A DNA stretch of 64,000 nt, taken from NCBI GenBank assembly GCA_947454465.1, contig CANGJP010000005.1, positions 1,565 to 65,564 on the forward strand, read 5' to 3'. A program made the translations under genes and the position numbers. Origin of the DNA: Pseudomonadota bacterium (GTDB lineage Bacteria; Pseudomonadota; Gammaproteobacteria; Steroidobacterales; Steroidobacteraceae). Under the pieces are notes generated by a model that had not been told where the DNA came from, made no database searches, and saw only the letters and a list, made by a program, of their open reading frames with translations. Below are positions 33,581-43,897 of this stretch, one piece after another. How positions within the stretch are numbered: position 1 is the stretch's first letter; each line of letters starts with the position of its first letter.

Positions 33581-35491
33581 TTGATGCTTATGGCTAAAGC
33601 AAACGAACATTTAATCAATTTAAATGAGGCTATACCTGCTGAGGCAATGCTAATCGGGCAACGGGAAGTACTCGAGCTGATTGCTAAGGGCGCCCCCTTG
33701 CGTGAAACGCTTAGTGCGATTGCCGCATTCGCCGAGCGTCACATTCCTGGCATGAAGGCCTCTATTTTGTATTACGACCCGGCCATTAAAAAACTGCGTC
33801 GTGGCGGCTACGGTCAATTACCCAGTTCCTTCGCTGACATTGTGGACGGTTTGGTGCCTAGCGCTAAGGCGGGGAGTTGCGGAACCTGCGCATGGCGTAA
33901 AGAACGTGTGATTTCCGAAGATGTATTTATTGACCCGCTATGGGACGGGTTTCATGATTTGTGTCGTGCCTATGATATTCGTTCGGCGTGGTCGTCACCT
34001 CTACTGTCCTATGCTGATGATGGGTTACTTGGTGTGTTTGGAATGTATCACCCGAAGGTGCGTGTCCCTACCGTTGCGGACTTGCAGATTGTCGATCAAT
34101 TTACACATTTGGCGACCATTGCCACTCAGCGTCATCGCACTGATGAAACAAACCGCTATCGCGCGAATTATGATGCTCTGACTCAATTGCGTAATCGTTA
34201 CGGGTTGATGTCAGAAGTGGGTACGGTTATTGAGTCTCATTTATCGACTCAGACTCCATTATCACTGGTATTCATTGATCTTGATTCTTTCAAGGGATTC
34301 AATGATGCCTTCGGTCATCTCGATGCCGATCAGTTGCTGCGTAATGTGTGCGATAAGATTCAAGCGACGTTGAAAGACGCGCAGTTGTTAGCCCGCTTTG
34401 GTGGCGATGAGTTTGTGACGTTGTTGCCGGTCTCCACGGAAGTGGCCATCCGGCAATTGCAGGTGTTGCGTCAGGTCTTGGCCGAGGGTGTCAAGATAGC
34501 GGGTCATCAGTTGCCGGTTAATTTTTCGGCCGGTGTGATTGCCGTTACGCCCGAGATGCGCGATATCGAAACCTTGATCTTCGAAGCCGACGAAGCGGTT
34601 CGCGAGTCAAAGCATTGCGGGGGTGGCCATACGCTTTTGGTTGATGCTGAGCGTGCTCTAAGGTCGATCAAGAAACGCGGTCTACCGATGCGCATCGAGG
34701 CGGCATTGGATGCCAGGAATCTCTATCCTCATGCCCAGCCGATCGTGCGACTTTCCGATCAAAAGATAGTTGGTTACGAGTTGTTATTCCGCTTGAATGA
34801 CGCCCAACTGGCCAGTGTCCCTGTACTGGAGTGTATCGCTGAAGCGGAGCGGGTCGGGCTCATACATCGTATTGGTAAGGAGATGTTGGAAGCCGGCGTG
34901 CAATTCCTCGCTCGACCAGAGCAGCAGCACTCTGAGGTTTACCTTTCTATCAATGTATCGGTACGGCAACTCTTGCAGCCGGATCTGGCGGATACGTTCA
35001 TTGAAATTGTACGCCGCGCTGGTGTTGATCCGGGGCGTATCTGTTTAGAAATTACAGAAAGTGCTCAGATTGATCCTGGCAGTCCTGCCCGTAATGTGAT
35101 CAATCAGTTTAAGTCTCTGGGCTTCAAATTGGCGATTGACGATTTCGGCACGGGGTACGCTTCGTTGGCGCACTTACAGTCACTGCCATTTGATGTGCTT
35201 AAGATCGATCGTCAATTTGTTCAGCAATTAGATACCTTGCTTGAAAAGGGTGACCGGTCTAATAAATCGTTGGTTAATTTATGGTTCGCTTCAAAAGAAA
35301 AAAAGCTGGTCAGTAAAGGCGGTTCGATGTGCAGAGCATTGATTGCGATGGCGAAGGCTTGTCAATTAACAATTGTGGCCGAGGGTATTGAAACCGAAGC
35401 GCAGGCAAAGGCCTTGCAGCGGTTGGGCTGTCAGATGGGCCAAGGTTATCTTTGGGCAAAACCGTTTCCGTTAGACACTATTAAGAAATAA
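33581..35491 (+). CDS. GAF-GGDEF-EAL signalling protein (c-di-GMP turnover)
   Basis: N-terminal GAF-like region. GGDEF intact (ARFGGDEF) with no RxxD I-site. EAL-domain residues present (ELLFR, INVS, EITES, DDFGTGYAS, KIDRQF, AEGIETE, QGYLWAKP). ATG at 33584 is an alternative start. Confidence 0.88.
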   Translation: MMLMAKANEHLINLNEAIPAEAMLIGQREVLELIAKGAPLRETLSAIAAFAERHIPGMKASILYYDPAIKKLRRGGYGQLPSSFADIVDGLVPSAKAGSCGTCAWRKERVISEDVFIDPLWDGFHDLCRAYDIRSAWSSPLLSYADDGLLGVFGMYHPKVRVPTVADLQIVDQFTHLATIATQRHRTDETNRYRANYDALTQLRNRYGLMSEVGTVIESHLSTQTPLSLVFIDLDSFKGFNDAFGHLDADQLLRNVCDKIQATLKDAQLLARFGGDEFVTLLPVSTEVAIRQLQVLRQVLAEGVKIAGHQLPVNFSAGVIAVTPEMRDIETLIFEADEAVRESKHCGGGHTLLVDAERALRSIKKRGLPMRIEAALDARNLYPHAQPIVRLSDQKIVGYELLFRLNDAQLASVPVLECIAEAERVGLIHRIGKEMLEAGVQFLARPEQQHSEVYLSINVSVRQLLQPDLADTFIEIVRRAGVDPGRICLEITESAQIDPGSPARNVINQFKSLGFKLAIDDFGTGYASLAHLQSLPFDVLKIDRQFVQQLDTLLEKGDRSNKSLVNLWFASKEKKLVSKGGSMCRALIAMAKACQLTIVAEGIETEAQAKALQRLGCQMGQGYLWAKPFPLDTIKK

Positions 35492-35754
35492 CATTATTTA
35501 GACGTATCTTCTCGTTGGTTTAATCGTTGCGGCGAGTCCTAAATAACGGAGATCGCCGCCGATGTCATGACCGTGAGCATGAGCATGAGTTGGGTACGGC
35601 CGTTTATGTTGTTTATTTCATGCTGTTTATATCGAGTGGTAAATTGGCTTGGCCACTTTTTATTTCATGAAGAAGCGGTCGCATGCGACGCTGTGTGTCC
35701 AAAGCAGTATGCTGTAGGCTCAATTTAAATCCATATTAGCAGGGGAATTTTCTG

Positions 35755-36420
35755 GTGAGTGTGGCTACGTCTGTGCCAATCCTGTATAGCTTTCGTCGTT
35801 GTCCGTATGCCATAAGAGCGCGCATGGCCTTGGCGGTATCAACTGTTCGCTATGCTCTTCGTGAGGTGGCGCTAAAGGATAAGCCTACGGCCTTACTTGA
35901 GGTATCACCCAAGGCAACGGTGCCGGTTTTGGTGTTACCTGAAGGGCAGGTTATTGATCAAAGTCTCGATATTATGCGTTGGGCCCTAGGGCAACATGAT
36001 CCAAGGCATTGGTTGGTGAAGGATGAGTCGTTACGTGCGATGACGATGAGTTTGATTGAGGTTAACGATGGACCGTTTAAATACCACCTTGATCGCATGA
36101 AATATCCGAATCGTTATGTCGATGGGCAGAATCAAGATCATCGGGCTGAGGCGGTTTCATGGTTGGTTCAACTTGAAGATCGGTTACGAGAACACGCCTT
36201 TTTATTGGGTGCGGTCGAGACCTTGGTTGATGTTGCGGTATTTCCCTTTATCCGGCAATTTGCTCATGCGGATCCGTTGGGGTTTGCCGCGTTACCCATG
36301 CCTGCTTTGCAGCGTTGGCTATCTGGTTGGGAGTCGTCCATTTTGTTTGAAACAGTAATGGCCAAGTATCCGATCTGGCGGCCTGACAATGAGGAAATTC
36401 ATGTCCAAGGTGCAGCCTGA
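35755..36420 (+). CDS. glutathione S-transferase family protein
   Basis: Thioredoxin-like N-domain (ILYSFRRCPYAIRARMAL...ATVPVLVLPEG) plus helical C-domain. GTG start. Confidence 0.75.
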   Translation: MSVATSVPILYSFRRCPYAIRARMALAVSTVRYALREVALKDKPTALLEVSPKATVPVLVLPEGQVIDQSLDIMRWALGQHDPRHWLVKDESLRAMTMSLIEVNDGPFKYHLDRMKYPNRYVDGQNQDHRAEAVSWLVQLEDRLREHAFLLGAVETLVDVAVFPFIRQFAHADPLGFAALPMPALQRWLSGWESSILFETVMAKYPIWRPDNEEIHVQGAA

Positions 36421-36793
36421 ATCGAAGTGTCCCTGTGGTTCGCAAAACCCATACCCGTCTTGCTGCGGTCGTTGGCATGCCGGTGCCGTAGCGCCCACCG
36501 CGGAGGCCTTGATGCGGTCGCGGTACAGCGCGTTTGTGTTGCGCAATGAGCCCTATTTGTTGGCTAGTTGGCATCCCTCCACCCGACCGGAGTCCGTTTC
36601 CTTCGAGCCTGACTGCGTTTGGTTGGGGTTGAAGGTGGTCGAGGCGAAGGTGCTGGGCGCTGATCAGGCAGAAGTCGAGTTTATTGCCCGATATCGGGTT
36701 GGGGGCGGTTCTGCTGCCCGGTTACATGAGCGCAGTCGATTTGTGCGCGACGCCGACCATTGGCGGTATCTCGATGGTGCCCAGCCTGGCTGA
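36401..36793 (+). CDS. ychJ: SEC-C motif protein YchJ (UPF0225)
   Basis: CPCGSQNPYPSCCGRWH SEC-C metal-binding motif. ATG 36401 with GAGGA 5 nt upstream (ORF-track start 36389). Overlaps the GST stop. Confidence 0.85.
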   Translation: MSKVQPESKCPCGSQNPYPSCCGRWHAGAVAPTAEALMRSRYSAFVLRNEPYLLASWHPSTRPESVSFEPDCVWLGLKVVEAKVLGADQAEVEFIARYRVGGGSAARLHERSRFVRDADHWRYLDGAQPG

Positions 36794-36926
36794 AAATAAA
36801 TTGGCCTCGGTTCTTGCCTACCGGCGTTTGCCTGATGCGGCTGTATCGGCTTAACGGGCTGAAACCCTGGGGCAAATCCCGTACACTGCGCGGCTTACAT
36901 TTACACTTATAAAAGGTGAGTCAGCG

Positions 36927-38009
36927 ATGAAGCGCGTATTCAATTTCAGTGCCGGTCCTGCCGTATTGCCCCTTGAGGTTCTGCAGCAAGCGGCGGCAGA
37001 AATGTGTGACTGGCGCGGTACTGGGATGTCGGTGATGGAAATGAGTCATCGAGGTAAAGAGTTCATCTCTATTCATGCTCAGGCTGAGGCTGATTTACGC
37101 GAATTGATGGCCATTCCTGCCAACTACAAAGTGCTGTTCATGCAGGGTGGCGCCATTGGTGAAAATGCCATCATTCCGATGAATTTGCTGCGTGGCAAAA
37201 CCAGTGCCGACTACATCAATACGGGTGAGTGGTCGAAGAAGTCCATTAAAGAAGCCAAGAAGTACTGCACTGTGAATGTAGCCGCGACTTCGGAAGCCAA
37301 TAGTTTCACCAGCGTGCCAAAGCGTGACACTTGGAAGTTGGACCCTAATGCAGCCTATGTGCACATTTGCAGCAATGAAACGATTGGTGGCGTTGAATAT
37401 CACTTCACGCCAGATACCGGTGATGTGCCCTTGGTTGCAGATATGTCATCAAATATTTTGTCGCGACCGATTGATGTGTCGAAGTACGGTTTAATTTATG
37501 GCGGTGCACAAAAGAATATCGGCCCTGCCGGTTTGACTATTGTGATTGTGCGTGACGATTTGATTGGCAATGCCTTGCCCATCACGCCTTCTGCTTTCGA
37601 CTATAAGCAACAGGCCGATAACGATTCCATGTACAACACGCCACCGACTTACAGTGTGTACATTGCAGGGTTGGTGTTCCAGTGGCTGAAAAAACAGGGT
37701 GGATTGACCGCCATTGCCGAGTACAACCGTAACAAAGCGGCACTGATTTATGATTACTTGGATAACAGCCCGTTTTACATCAGTCCGGTGGCACGTGAAG
37801 ATCGTTCACTGATGAATGTACCCTTTAAGACCAGTAGTGAAGCCTTGGATGAGGCTTTCCTGAAAGGCGCACAAGCTCAAGGCATGCTGCAATTGAAGGG
37901 CCATCGTTCGGTGGGGGGTATTCGTGCCAGTATTTACAATGCGATGCCGATTGAAGGCGTGCAGGCACTAGTGGCTTACATGAAAGAGTTCGAAGCTAAG
38001 AATCGATAA
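36927..38009 (+). CDS. serC: phosphoserine aminotransferase
   Basis: [15 protein letters not shown]..., [20 protein letters not shown] (PLP lysine region). Confidence 0.96.
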   Translation: MKRVFNFSAGPAVLPLEVLQQAAAEMCDWRGTGMSVMEMSHRGKEFISIHAQAEADLRELMAIPANYKVLFMQGGAIGENAIIPMNLLRGKTSADYINTGEWSKKSIKEAKKYCTVNVAATSEANSFTSVPKRDTWKLDPNAAYVHICSNETIGGVEYHFTPDTGDVPLVADMSSNILSRPIDVSKYGLIYGGAQKNIGPAGLTIVIVRDDLIGNALPITPSAFDYKQQADNDSMYNTPPTYSVYIAGLVFQWLKKQGGLTAIAEYNRNKAALIYDYLDNSPFYISPVAREDRSLMNVPFKTSSEALDEAFLKGAQAQGMLQLKGHRSVGGIRASIYNAMPIEGVQALVAYMKEFEAKNR

Positions 38010-38077
38010 ATTAAATTGCAGTGCCTTCCCCTGAAAAGTGGCAAGGTCGGATCAACATAAAAATAGATTGAGCACAC

Positions 38078-39250
38078 ATGTCGTACAAGATTCTGACATT
38101 GAATAATATTTCGGTAAGGGGTTTGGAGCGTCTACCGCGTGATAAATATGAAGTGGCCTCGGAAATTGGCCATCCTGATGCGGTGATGGTGCGTTCAGCG
38201 GACATGCACAGTATGGAAATCCCATCGAGTGTTATAGCAATTGGTCGAGCCGGTGCTGGAACCAACAACATTCCTGTCGCTAAGTTATCTAAGCGCGGTG
38301 TACCGGTATTCAACGCACCGGGTGCTAATGCCAATGCAGTAAAAGAGTTGGTAATCGCCGGCATGTTTTTAGCTGCGCGTAATATTTGTCAGGCGTGGGG
38401 TTACACCCGTGGCTTACAAGGTGATGATCACGCGTTAGAAGAAGCGGTAGAAAAGGGTAAGAAAAAATACGTGGGTTATGAATTGCCTGGTCGCACTTTG
38501 GGTGTGGTGGGTTTGGGTGCCATCGGTGTCGAAGTTGCCAATGCTGCGCACTTGTTGGGCATGAAGGTGTTAGGGTTTGATCCGGCTATCACCGTACAGC
38601 GTGCCTGGCAGTTGTCTTCTGGCGTGGAGCAGGCGTTGTCATTGGATGATTTATTCGCCCGTTGTGACATGGTGACCGTTCATGTGCCCTTGATGGATGC
38701 TACCAAGGGTATGGTCAATGCAGCGCGGCTGAAATTGATGCGTAAAGGCAGTGTTATTTTGAATTTTTCACGTGCGGGGATCGTTGATGAAGCGGCGATG
38801 ATTGCTGCTTTAGATGGCGGTCATATGGGTGCCTATGTCTGCGATTTTCCGACCAATGCCGTGAAGGATCATCCCAAGATTATTGCCTTGCCACATCTCG
38901 GCGCTTCAACCCATGAGGCTGAAGAGAATTGCGCCATTATGGTGGCTGATACCTTGCGGGAGTTTTTGGAGCACGGCAATGTACGTAATGCTGTAAATTT
39001 TCCTGAGGCGGTCTTGCCACGCACCCAAAATTCGGTGCGTTTGGCCATTGCCAATGAGAACGTGCCAAACATGGTGGGGCAGATTTCCAGTGCGCTAGCC
39101 AGTGCCAGTCTTAACATTGCTGACTTACTGAATAAGTCCCGTGGTGATCTAGCCTACAGTCTGATGGATGTAGACGGTGCGTCGATACCAGAATCAGTGG
39201 TGCAGCAGTTACGCGCCATTCCTGGTGTATTATCAGTGCGCGTTCTCTGA
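38078..39250 (+). CDS. serA: D-3-phosphoglycerate dehydrogenase (with C-terminal ACT domain)
   Basis: NAD motif GVVGLGAIG, SRAG...D, PHLGASTHEAEEN, AVNFPE followed by an ACT-like domain. Collinear with E. coli SerA. Confidence 0.88.
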   Translation: MSYKILTLNNISVRGLERLPRDKYEVASEIGHPDAVMVRSADMHSMEIPSSVIAIGRAGAGTNNIPVAKLSKRGVPVFNAPGANANAVKELVIAGMFLAARNICQAWGYTRGLQGDDHALEEAVEKGKKKYVGYELPGRTLGVVGLGAIGVEVANAAHLLGMKVLGFDPAITVQRAWQLSSGVEQALSLDDLFARCDMVTVHVPLMDATKGMVNAARLKLMRKGSVILNFSRAGIVDEAAMIAALDGGHMGAYVCDFPTNAVKDHPKIIALPHLGASTHEAEENCAIMVADTLREFLEHGNVRNAVNFPEAVLPRTQNSVRLAIANENVPNMVGQISSALASASLNIADLLNKSRGDLAYSLMDVDGASIPESVVQQLRAIPGVLSVRVL

Positions 39251-39264
39251 GCGAGTAAAGACAC

Positions 39265-40449
39265 GTGGCAACTGGTAAAGCAAAAACAGTCAGTCGTCGA
39301 TCCGGTAACAAGGGTCGTGGCTTGGGTCTGTCTGTAAAGCCTGTGCAGGCTCAGTCAGCTTTGCCGCCACTCAGTGAAATCCGATCGCATATCGATGGCA
39401 TTGATGATCAACTGCTGGACTTGCTCAGTGAACGGGCTCGTCTTGCGCAGTTGGTTGGGCAATCTAAACGTCAACATGAAAATCTCACGAGCGCAGAGTT
39501 GTATCGTCCCGAGCGTGAGTCTCAAGTTTTGCGTCGTGTGATTGAAAGCAACAAAGGGCCGTTGCGCGATGAGGAAGTAGCGCGACTATTTCGTGAAATC
39601 ATGTCTGTCTGTTTGGCGCAGCAGGAACCGTTGAAAGTCGGTTTTCTCGGGCCTGAAGGTACGTTTACCCAACAGGCGGTATATAAGCATTTTGGACATT
39701 CGGTACGTGGCGTGTCGTTGTCCTCAATACCAGAAGTGTTTCATGAAGTTGAGATGGGGCACACTGATTTTGGCGTGGTGCCTATCGAAAATTCCACGGG
39801 TGGCGTGGTGGAATTTGCCATCGATATGTTCATGAATACCACATTGAAGATTTGTGGTGAGATTGAATTGCGTGTGCATCAGAATTTGATGGGCAAGATG
39901 AAGGGTTTGAAACAGATCAAGCGTATTTGTTCGCACCCCCAGTCGTTGTCTCAGTGTCAGCAGTGGTTACGTGAACATCTGCCGAAGGCGGAGCTGATTC
40001 CTGTGGTGAGTAATTCAGAAGCGGCCCGGCGTGCTCGTGATGAAGATGGCACGGCTGCGATTGCCGGTAAGATAGCTGCTGAGATTTACAATTTGGCGAT
40101 CATCGCGCCTGAAATCGAGGATCGTGCCGATAACACGACACGTTTCATTGTGCTGGGTCGGCACTCATTTGCCCCGAGCGGCCACGATAAAACCACTTTA
40201 ATGGTGTCATCGGGAGATACGCAGTCACCGGGTACGTTGCATCGATTGTTGGAACCGTTGGCCCGTAATCAAATCAGCATGAGTCGTATTGAGTCGCGTC
40301 CCTCACGTCGTAAGAAGTGGGATTACGTGTTTTTTATGGATGTCGAAGGGCATGTAGATACCGAGCCATTGCGCTCTGCTTTGGAAGAACTCAAGCAGCA
40401 TTCCTCGCTATTTAAAGTGCTCGGTTCGTATCCTGCTGCGGTGCTGTAA
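39265..40449 (+). CDS. pheA: bifunctional chorismate mutase / prephenate dehydratase (P-protein)
   Basis: CM domain (IRSHIDGIDDQLLDLLSERARLAQ), PDT domain (VGFLGPEGTFTQQA), ACT (ESRPSRRKKWDYVFF). GTG start gives a ~30-aa basic N-extension. Start is uncertain. Confidence 0.9.
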   Translation: MATGKAKTVSRRSGNKGRGLGLSVKPVQAQSALPPLSEIRSHIDGIDDQLLDLLSERARLAQLVGQSKRQHENLTSAELYRPERESQVLRRVIESNKGPLRDEEVARLFREIMSVCLAQQEPLKVGFLGPEGTFTQQAVYKHFGHSVRGVSLSSIPEVFHEVEMGHTDFGVVPIENSTGGVVEFAIDMFMNTTLKICGEIELRVHQNLMGKMKGLKQIKRICSHPQSLSQCQQWLREHLPKAELIPVVSNSEAARRARDEDGTAAIAGKIAAEIYNLAIIAPEIEDRADNTTRFIVLGRHSFAPSGHDKTTLMVSSGDTQSPGTLHRLLEPLARNQISMSRIESRPSRRKKWDYVFFMDVEGHVDTEPLRSALEELKQHSSLFKVLGSYPAAVL

Positions 40450-40525
40450 TTAGATGCAATACCTGCTGTCGCACCAATAATGTTCGACTTGATGTGGAGT
40501 CGATCATTGCTACCGGAAACTTGCC

Positions 40526-41644
40526 ATGACGTTTAATGCACTTGAACTTGCGGCAGCGCCCGTGCGAGCCATTGCGCCTTATGTTCCAGGTAAGCCACTG
40601 TCTGAATTGGAGCGTGAGTACGGCATCACAGACAGTATCAAGCTAGCCTCTAACGAAAATCCATTGGGCCCAGGGCCCAAGGCACGCAGTGCCATGGCGA
40701 ATGCTTTGCAGGGTATTGGGCTCTATCCGGATGGTAATGGTTTCGAACTTAAACAGGCTCTTGCTAAAAAATATGCCTGCAGCGTAGATCACATTACTCT
40801 TGGTAATGGTTCTAATGATGTACTTGTCATGCTGGCAGAGGCTTTTCTAAGTCCTGCTGTAGAGGCGGTCTATTCACAGTATTGTTTTGCGATTTATCCC
40901 ATTGCGGTACAAGCCGCGGGTGCGACAGCGCGCGTGGCGGCTGCCTATCCAAATACACATGCTATGGCGCTAGGTCATGATTTGCAGGGGATGTCACGCC
41001 TAATCAACGAACGAACTCGATTGATTTTTGTTGCTAATCCAAATAATCCGACCGGTACCTGGGTGACTGCTGATGCGCTGAAGGCTTTTATCGCATCCGT
41101 GCCAAAGGATATTTTGGTCGTAGTAGATGAAGCATACATTGAATATGTGCAGCACAACGAGTTTCCAGATGCCAGTCAATGGATTGATGAGTTTGATAAT
41201 CTCGTCGTGACCCGCACATTTTCTAAAGCTTATGGGCTGGCTGGGTTACGCGTGGGTTATGCATTATCGCATCCAAGTGTTGCTGCTGTGCTCAATCGTG
41301 TGCGTCAGCCATTCAATGTGAGCTCAATCGCTCTTGCGGCAGCAACGGCTGCGCTTGAGGATGCTGATCATTTAAAACAATCTATCGAGCTTAACGCACA
41401 TGGCATGCAGCAAGTGCTTGGCGGTATCCAGGCGTTGGGACTACGGGTTTATCCATCGCAAGGAAATTTTGTGTTGATTGATTGTGCGCGTGCTGGGGCC
41501 TTAGTCAACGAAGCGATGTTACGTCAGGGCGTGATTGTTCGTCCGGTAGCAGGGTATGGCTTGCCCACACAGTTACGTATCACCATCGGTACCGAGCAAG
41601 AAAATGCGCGGATGTTGTCGGCACTGGCGTTAGCTATAAAGTAA
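40526..41644 (+). CDS. hisC: histidinol-phosphate aminotransferase
   Basis: LASNENPLGP, PNNPTG, PLP-lysine motif TFSKAYGLAGLRVGY. Confidence 0.93.
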   Translation: MTFNALELAAAPVRAIAPYVPGKPLSELEREYGITDSIKLASNENPLGPGPKARSAMANALQGIGLYPDGNGFELKQALAKKYACSVDHITLGNGSNDVLVMLAEAFLSPAVEAVYSQYCFAIYPIAVQAAGATARVAAAYPNTHAMALGHDLQGMSRLINERTRLIFVANPNNPTGTWVTADALKAFIASVPKDILVVVDEAYIEYVQHNEFPDASQWIDEFDNLVVTRTFSKAYGLAGLRVGYALSHPSVAAVLNRVRQPFNVSSIALAAATAALEDADHLKQSIELNAHGMQQVLGGIQALGLRVYPSQGNFVLIDCARAGALVNEAMLRQGVIVRPVAGYGLPTQLRITIGTEQENARMLSALALAIK

Positions 41645-41650
41645 TACACG

Positions 41651-42967
41651 ATGGAATTTCTCGATCTTCCTCCACTTCATCAAGCCCAAGGCACGATACG
41701 ACTGCCTGGCTCAAAGAGCATTTCGAACAGAACGCTGCTGCTGGCGGCATTGTCTGAAGGAGTGACGGAGATTCGTGACTTACTGGCTTCTGACGATACT
41801 CAGATGATGCTCCAAGCGCTGCGTCAGTTAGGTGTTCCTATTGAAAAAACCGGTGATTATGATTATCAGGTAACCGGTGTGCCACACGGCTTTCCTAATA
41901 AAGGTGCTGCCGTATATCTATCTCTCGGCAATGCTGGTACCGCTTTTCGTCCATTGACTGCGGCACTTGCCTTGTCAGGTGGGGAATACCTGCTTTCAGG
42001 CGTGGCACGTATGCAGGAACGACCAATCGGTGACCTGGTGGATGCATTACGACAGTTAGGGGCAAATATCCAATATCAGAACAGGGAAGGGTTCCCGCCT
42101 CTTTATATACGACCCGCCATGATTCACTCTCCTGAGAACAATAAGGTATTTGTTAGAGGCAACGTCTCAAGTCAGTTCCTAACAGCCTTGCTGATGGCCC
42201 TCCCATTGATGAAAGAACGAATGGGGGCCGGTATCAGCATAGAAGTGACGGGTGAGTTGATCTCGAAGCCTTACATCGAAATAACGATAAATTTGATGCG
42301 GCACTTTGGCGTGAAGGTGAATCATTCAGGTGGATGGAGTCGTTTAACGATAGCAGGAGGTCAGAAATATCGTTCACCTGGTACTGTGTACGTTGAGGGG
42401 GATGCCTCTTCGGCATCTTATTTTCTAGCTGCTGGTGCAATTGCGGGTGGGCCGGTGCGGGTGGAGGGCGTGGGGCGAAATAGCATTCAAGGTGATGTGG
42501 CTTTTGCTGAAACGCTACAGCAGTTGGGTGCTCGGATCAGGATGGGCGATAACTGGATTGAGGCTGCCGCGCCGACGCATGGTAAGTTGCGAGCATTTGA
42601 TATGGATTTCAATCATATTCCCGATGCGGCGATGACCTTGGCGGTGGCGGCATTGTTCTGTGACGGCCCGTCACGCCTCACCAATATAGGTAGCTGGCGC
42701 GTCAAAGAAACGGATCGCATTGCTGCGATGGCGACGGAGCTTCGTAAAGTCGGCGCTGTGGTTGAAGAGGGCAGTGACTGGTTGCGTATCACGCCACCTG
42801 CGCAACTCACTGCTAGTGCCGTCATCGATACTTATGATGATCATCGCATGGCGATGTGTTTTTCATTGGTTGCACTCGGTGGTGTGCCGATACGCATTAA
42901 TGATCCTAAGTGCGTCGCCAAGACGTTTCCTGAGTACTTCGATAAATTTCATGGCATTGCGCGATGA
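41651..42967 (+). CDS. aroA: 3-phosphoshikimate 1-carboxyvinyltransferase (EPSP synthase), not fused to tyrA
   Basis: [40 protein letters not shown]. Confidence 0.96.
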   Translation: MEFLDLPPLHQAQGTIRLPGSKSISNRTLLLAALSEGVTEIRDLLASDDTQMMLQALRQLGVPIEKTGDYDYQVTGVPHGFPNKGAAVYLSLGNAGTAFRPLTAALALSGGEYLLSGVARMQERPIGDLVDALRQLGANIQYQNREGFPPLYIRPAMIHSPENNKVFVRGNVSSQFLTALLMALPLMKERMGAGISIEVTGELISKPYIEITINLMRHFGVKVNHSGGWSRLTIAGGQKYRSPGTVYVEGDASSASYFLAAGAIAGGPVRVEGVGRNSIQGDVAFAETLQQLGARIRMGDNWIEAAAPTHGKLRAFDMDFNHIPDAAMTLAVAALFCDGPSRLTNIGSWRVKETDRIAAMATELRKVGAVVEEGSDWLRITPPAQLTASAVIDTYDDHRMAMCFSLVALGGVPIRINDPKCVAKTFPEYFDKFHGIAR

Positions 42968-43046
42968 CGTGTTGCCTGCGGTCTAATGCGTACGGTGAAC
43001 CCATCCCTTACACTGCCCGCTGGTTAGTTTTGAGTTGGCAGGATTC

Positions 43047-43730
43047 ATGAGCGTAGTTCCGGTTCTCACCATTGATGGTCCCAGCGGCTCCGGTAAGGGC
43101 ACGTTGGCGCGACGTGTGGCGCAAAAGCTGGGTTGGCATTTGCTTGATAGCGGGGCGCTGTATCGGCTGGTGGCGTTGGCTGGCGCTCGATGTGGTTTGG
43201 GGCTGCACGATGAGGCCGGTCATGCCGAGCTGGCTGCAACTGCGCTGATCCGGTTTTCTGCCGATGCGGCAGGGGAAGAGCAGATTTGGCTTGAAAATGA
43301 AGAAGTTAGCAGAGAAATCCGTACCGAAACGGCTGGCGAAGGCGCCTCCCGTGTCGCCGCGATGCCCCGTGTGCGCGCGGCGCTGACCGCCCGACAGCAG
43401 CAATTTGCTCAGGGGCCAGGGTTGGTGGCAGACGGCAGGGACATGGGTACGGTTATTTTCCCGGACGCTCCGTTGAAGATTTTTCTGACCGCTAGCCCTG
43501 ACGAACGGGCACGGCGACGTTATAAGCAGTTGAAGGACAAGGGTTTCGATGTTAGCCTTGCCGCCCTTTCACAGGAGCTGGCCGAGCGTGATCATCGCGA
43601 TGCGAATCGTGAAGTGTCACCCCTGAGACCTGCCAATGATGCCGAGTTGCTGGACAGCACCGGTTTGAGCATTGAGCAGGTTGAGAACGCGGTACTGGCC
43701 TTGGCGAAAGCTCGTCACTTGCTTCGCTGA
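43047..43730 (+). CDS. cmk: cytidylate kinase
   Basis: P-loop [14 protein letters not shown] 43047 with AGGA 4 nt upstream (ORF-track TTG 43035). Confidence 0.93.
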   Translation: MSVVPVLTIDGPSGSGKGTLARRVAQKLGWHLLDSGALYRLVALAGARCGLGLHDEAGHAELAATALIRFSADAAGEEQIWLENEEVSREIRTETAGEGASRVAAMPRVRAALTARQQQFAQGPGLVADGRDMGTVIFPDAPLKIFLTASPDERARRRYKQLKDKGFDVSLAALSQELAERDHRDANREVSPLRPANDAELLDSTGLSIEQVENAVLALAKARHLLR

Positions 43731-43897
43731 TTTCTGCCTGCTCTCCCTGACACGGGATCGAGACGCCTAGCCCGCGCCGGCAATTTCGAAGTAGAACGAT
43801 TTTTTACACATCATGCAGGATGCGTGGTGATTTTAACTACCCCTGGTTCAGTCGGATGTGGGCCTGGGAAAATTGCGGGTTTTGCCCAAGAGTTCAC

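Noticed and set aside
35567-35728. 53-codon Cys-rich small ORF (MTVSMSMSWVRPFMLFISCCLYRV...) in the spacer after the GGDEF-EAL gene
   Set aside because: It is below the ORF-track threshold. The nearest GGAG is ~15 nt from the ATG, which is too far. I see no homology signal. It is kept only as a candidate for ribosome profiling.
43820-43897. 26-codon N-terminal extension of rpsA; likewise 48201-48359 for galU, 47619-47714 for comEA, 55407-55460 for pssA, 18854-18913 for the PPIase
   Set aside because: These extensions start at alternative codons, lack SD sequences and do not align with orthologue N-termini. Internal ATG or GTG codons with SD motifs match the conserved protein starts.
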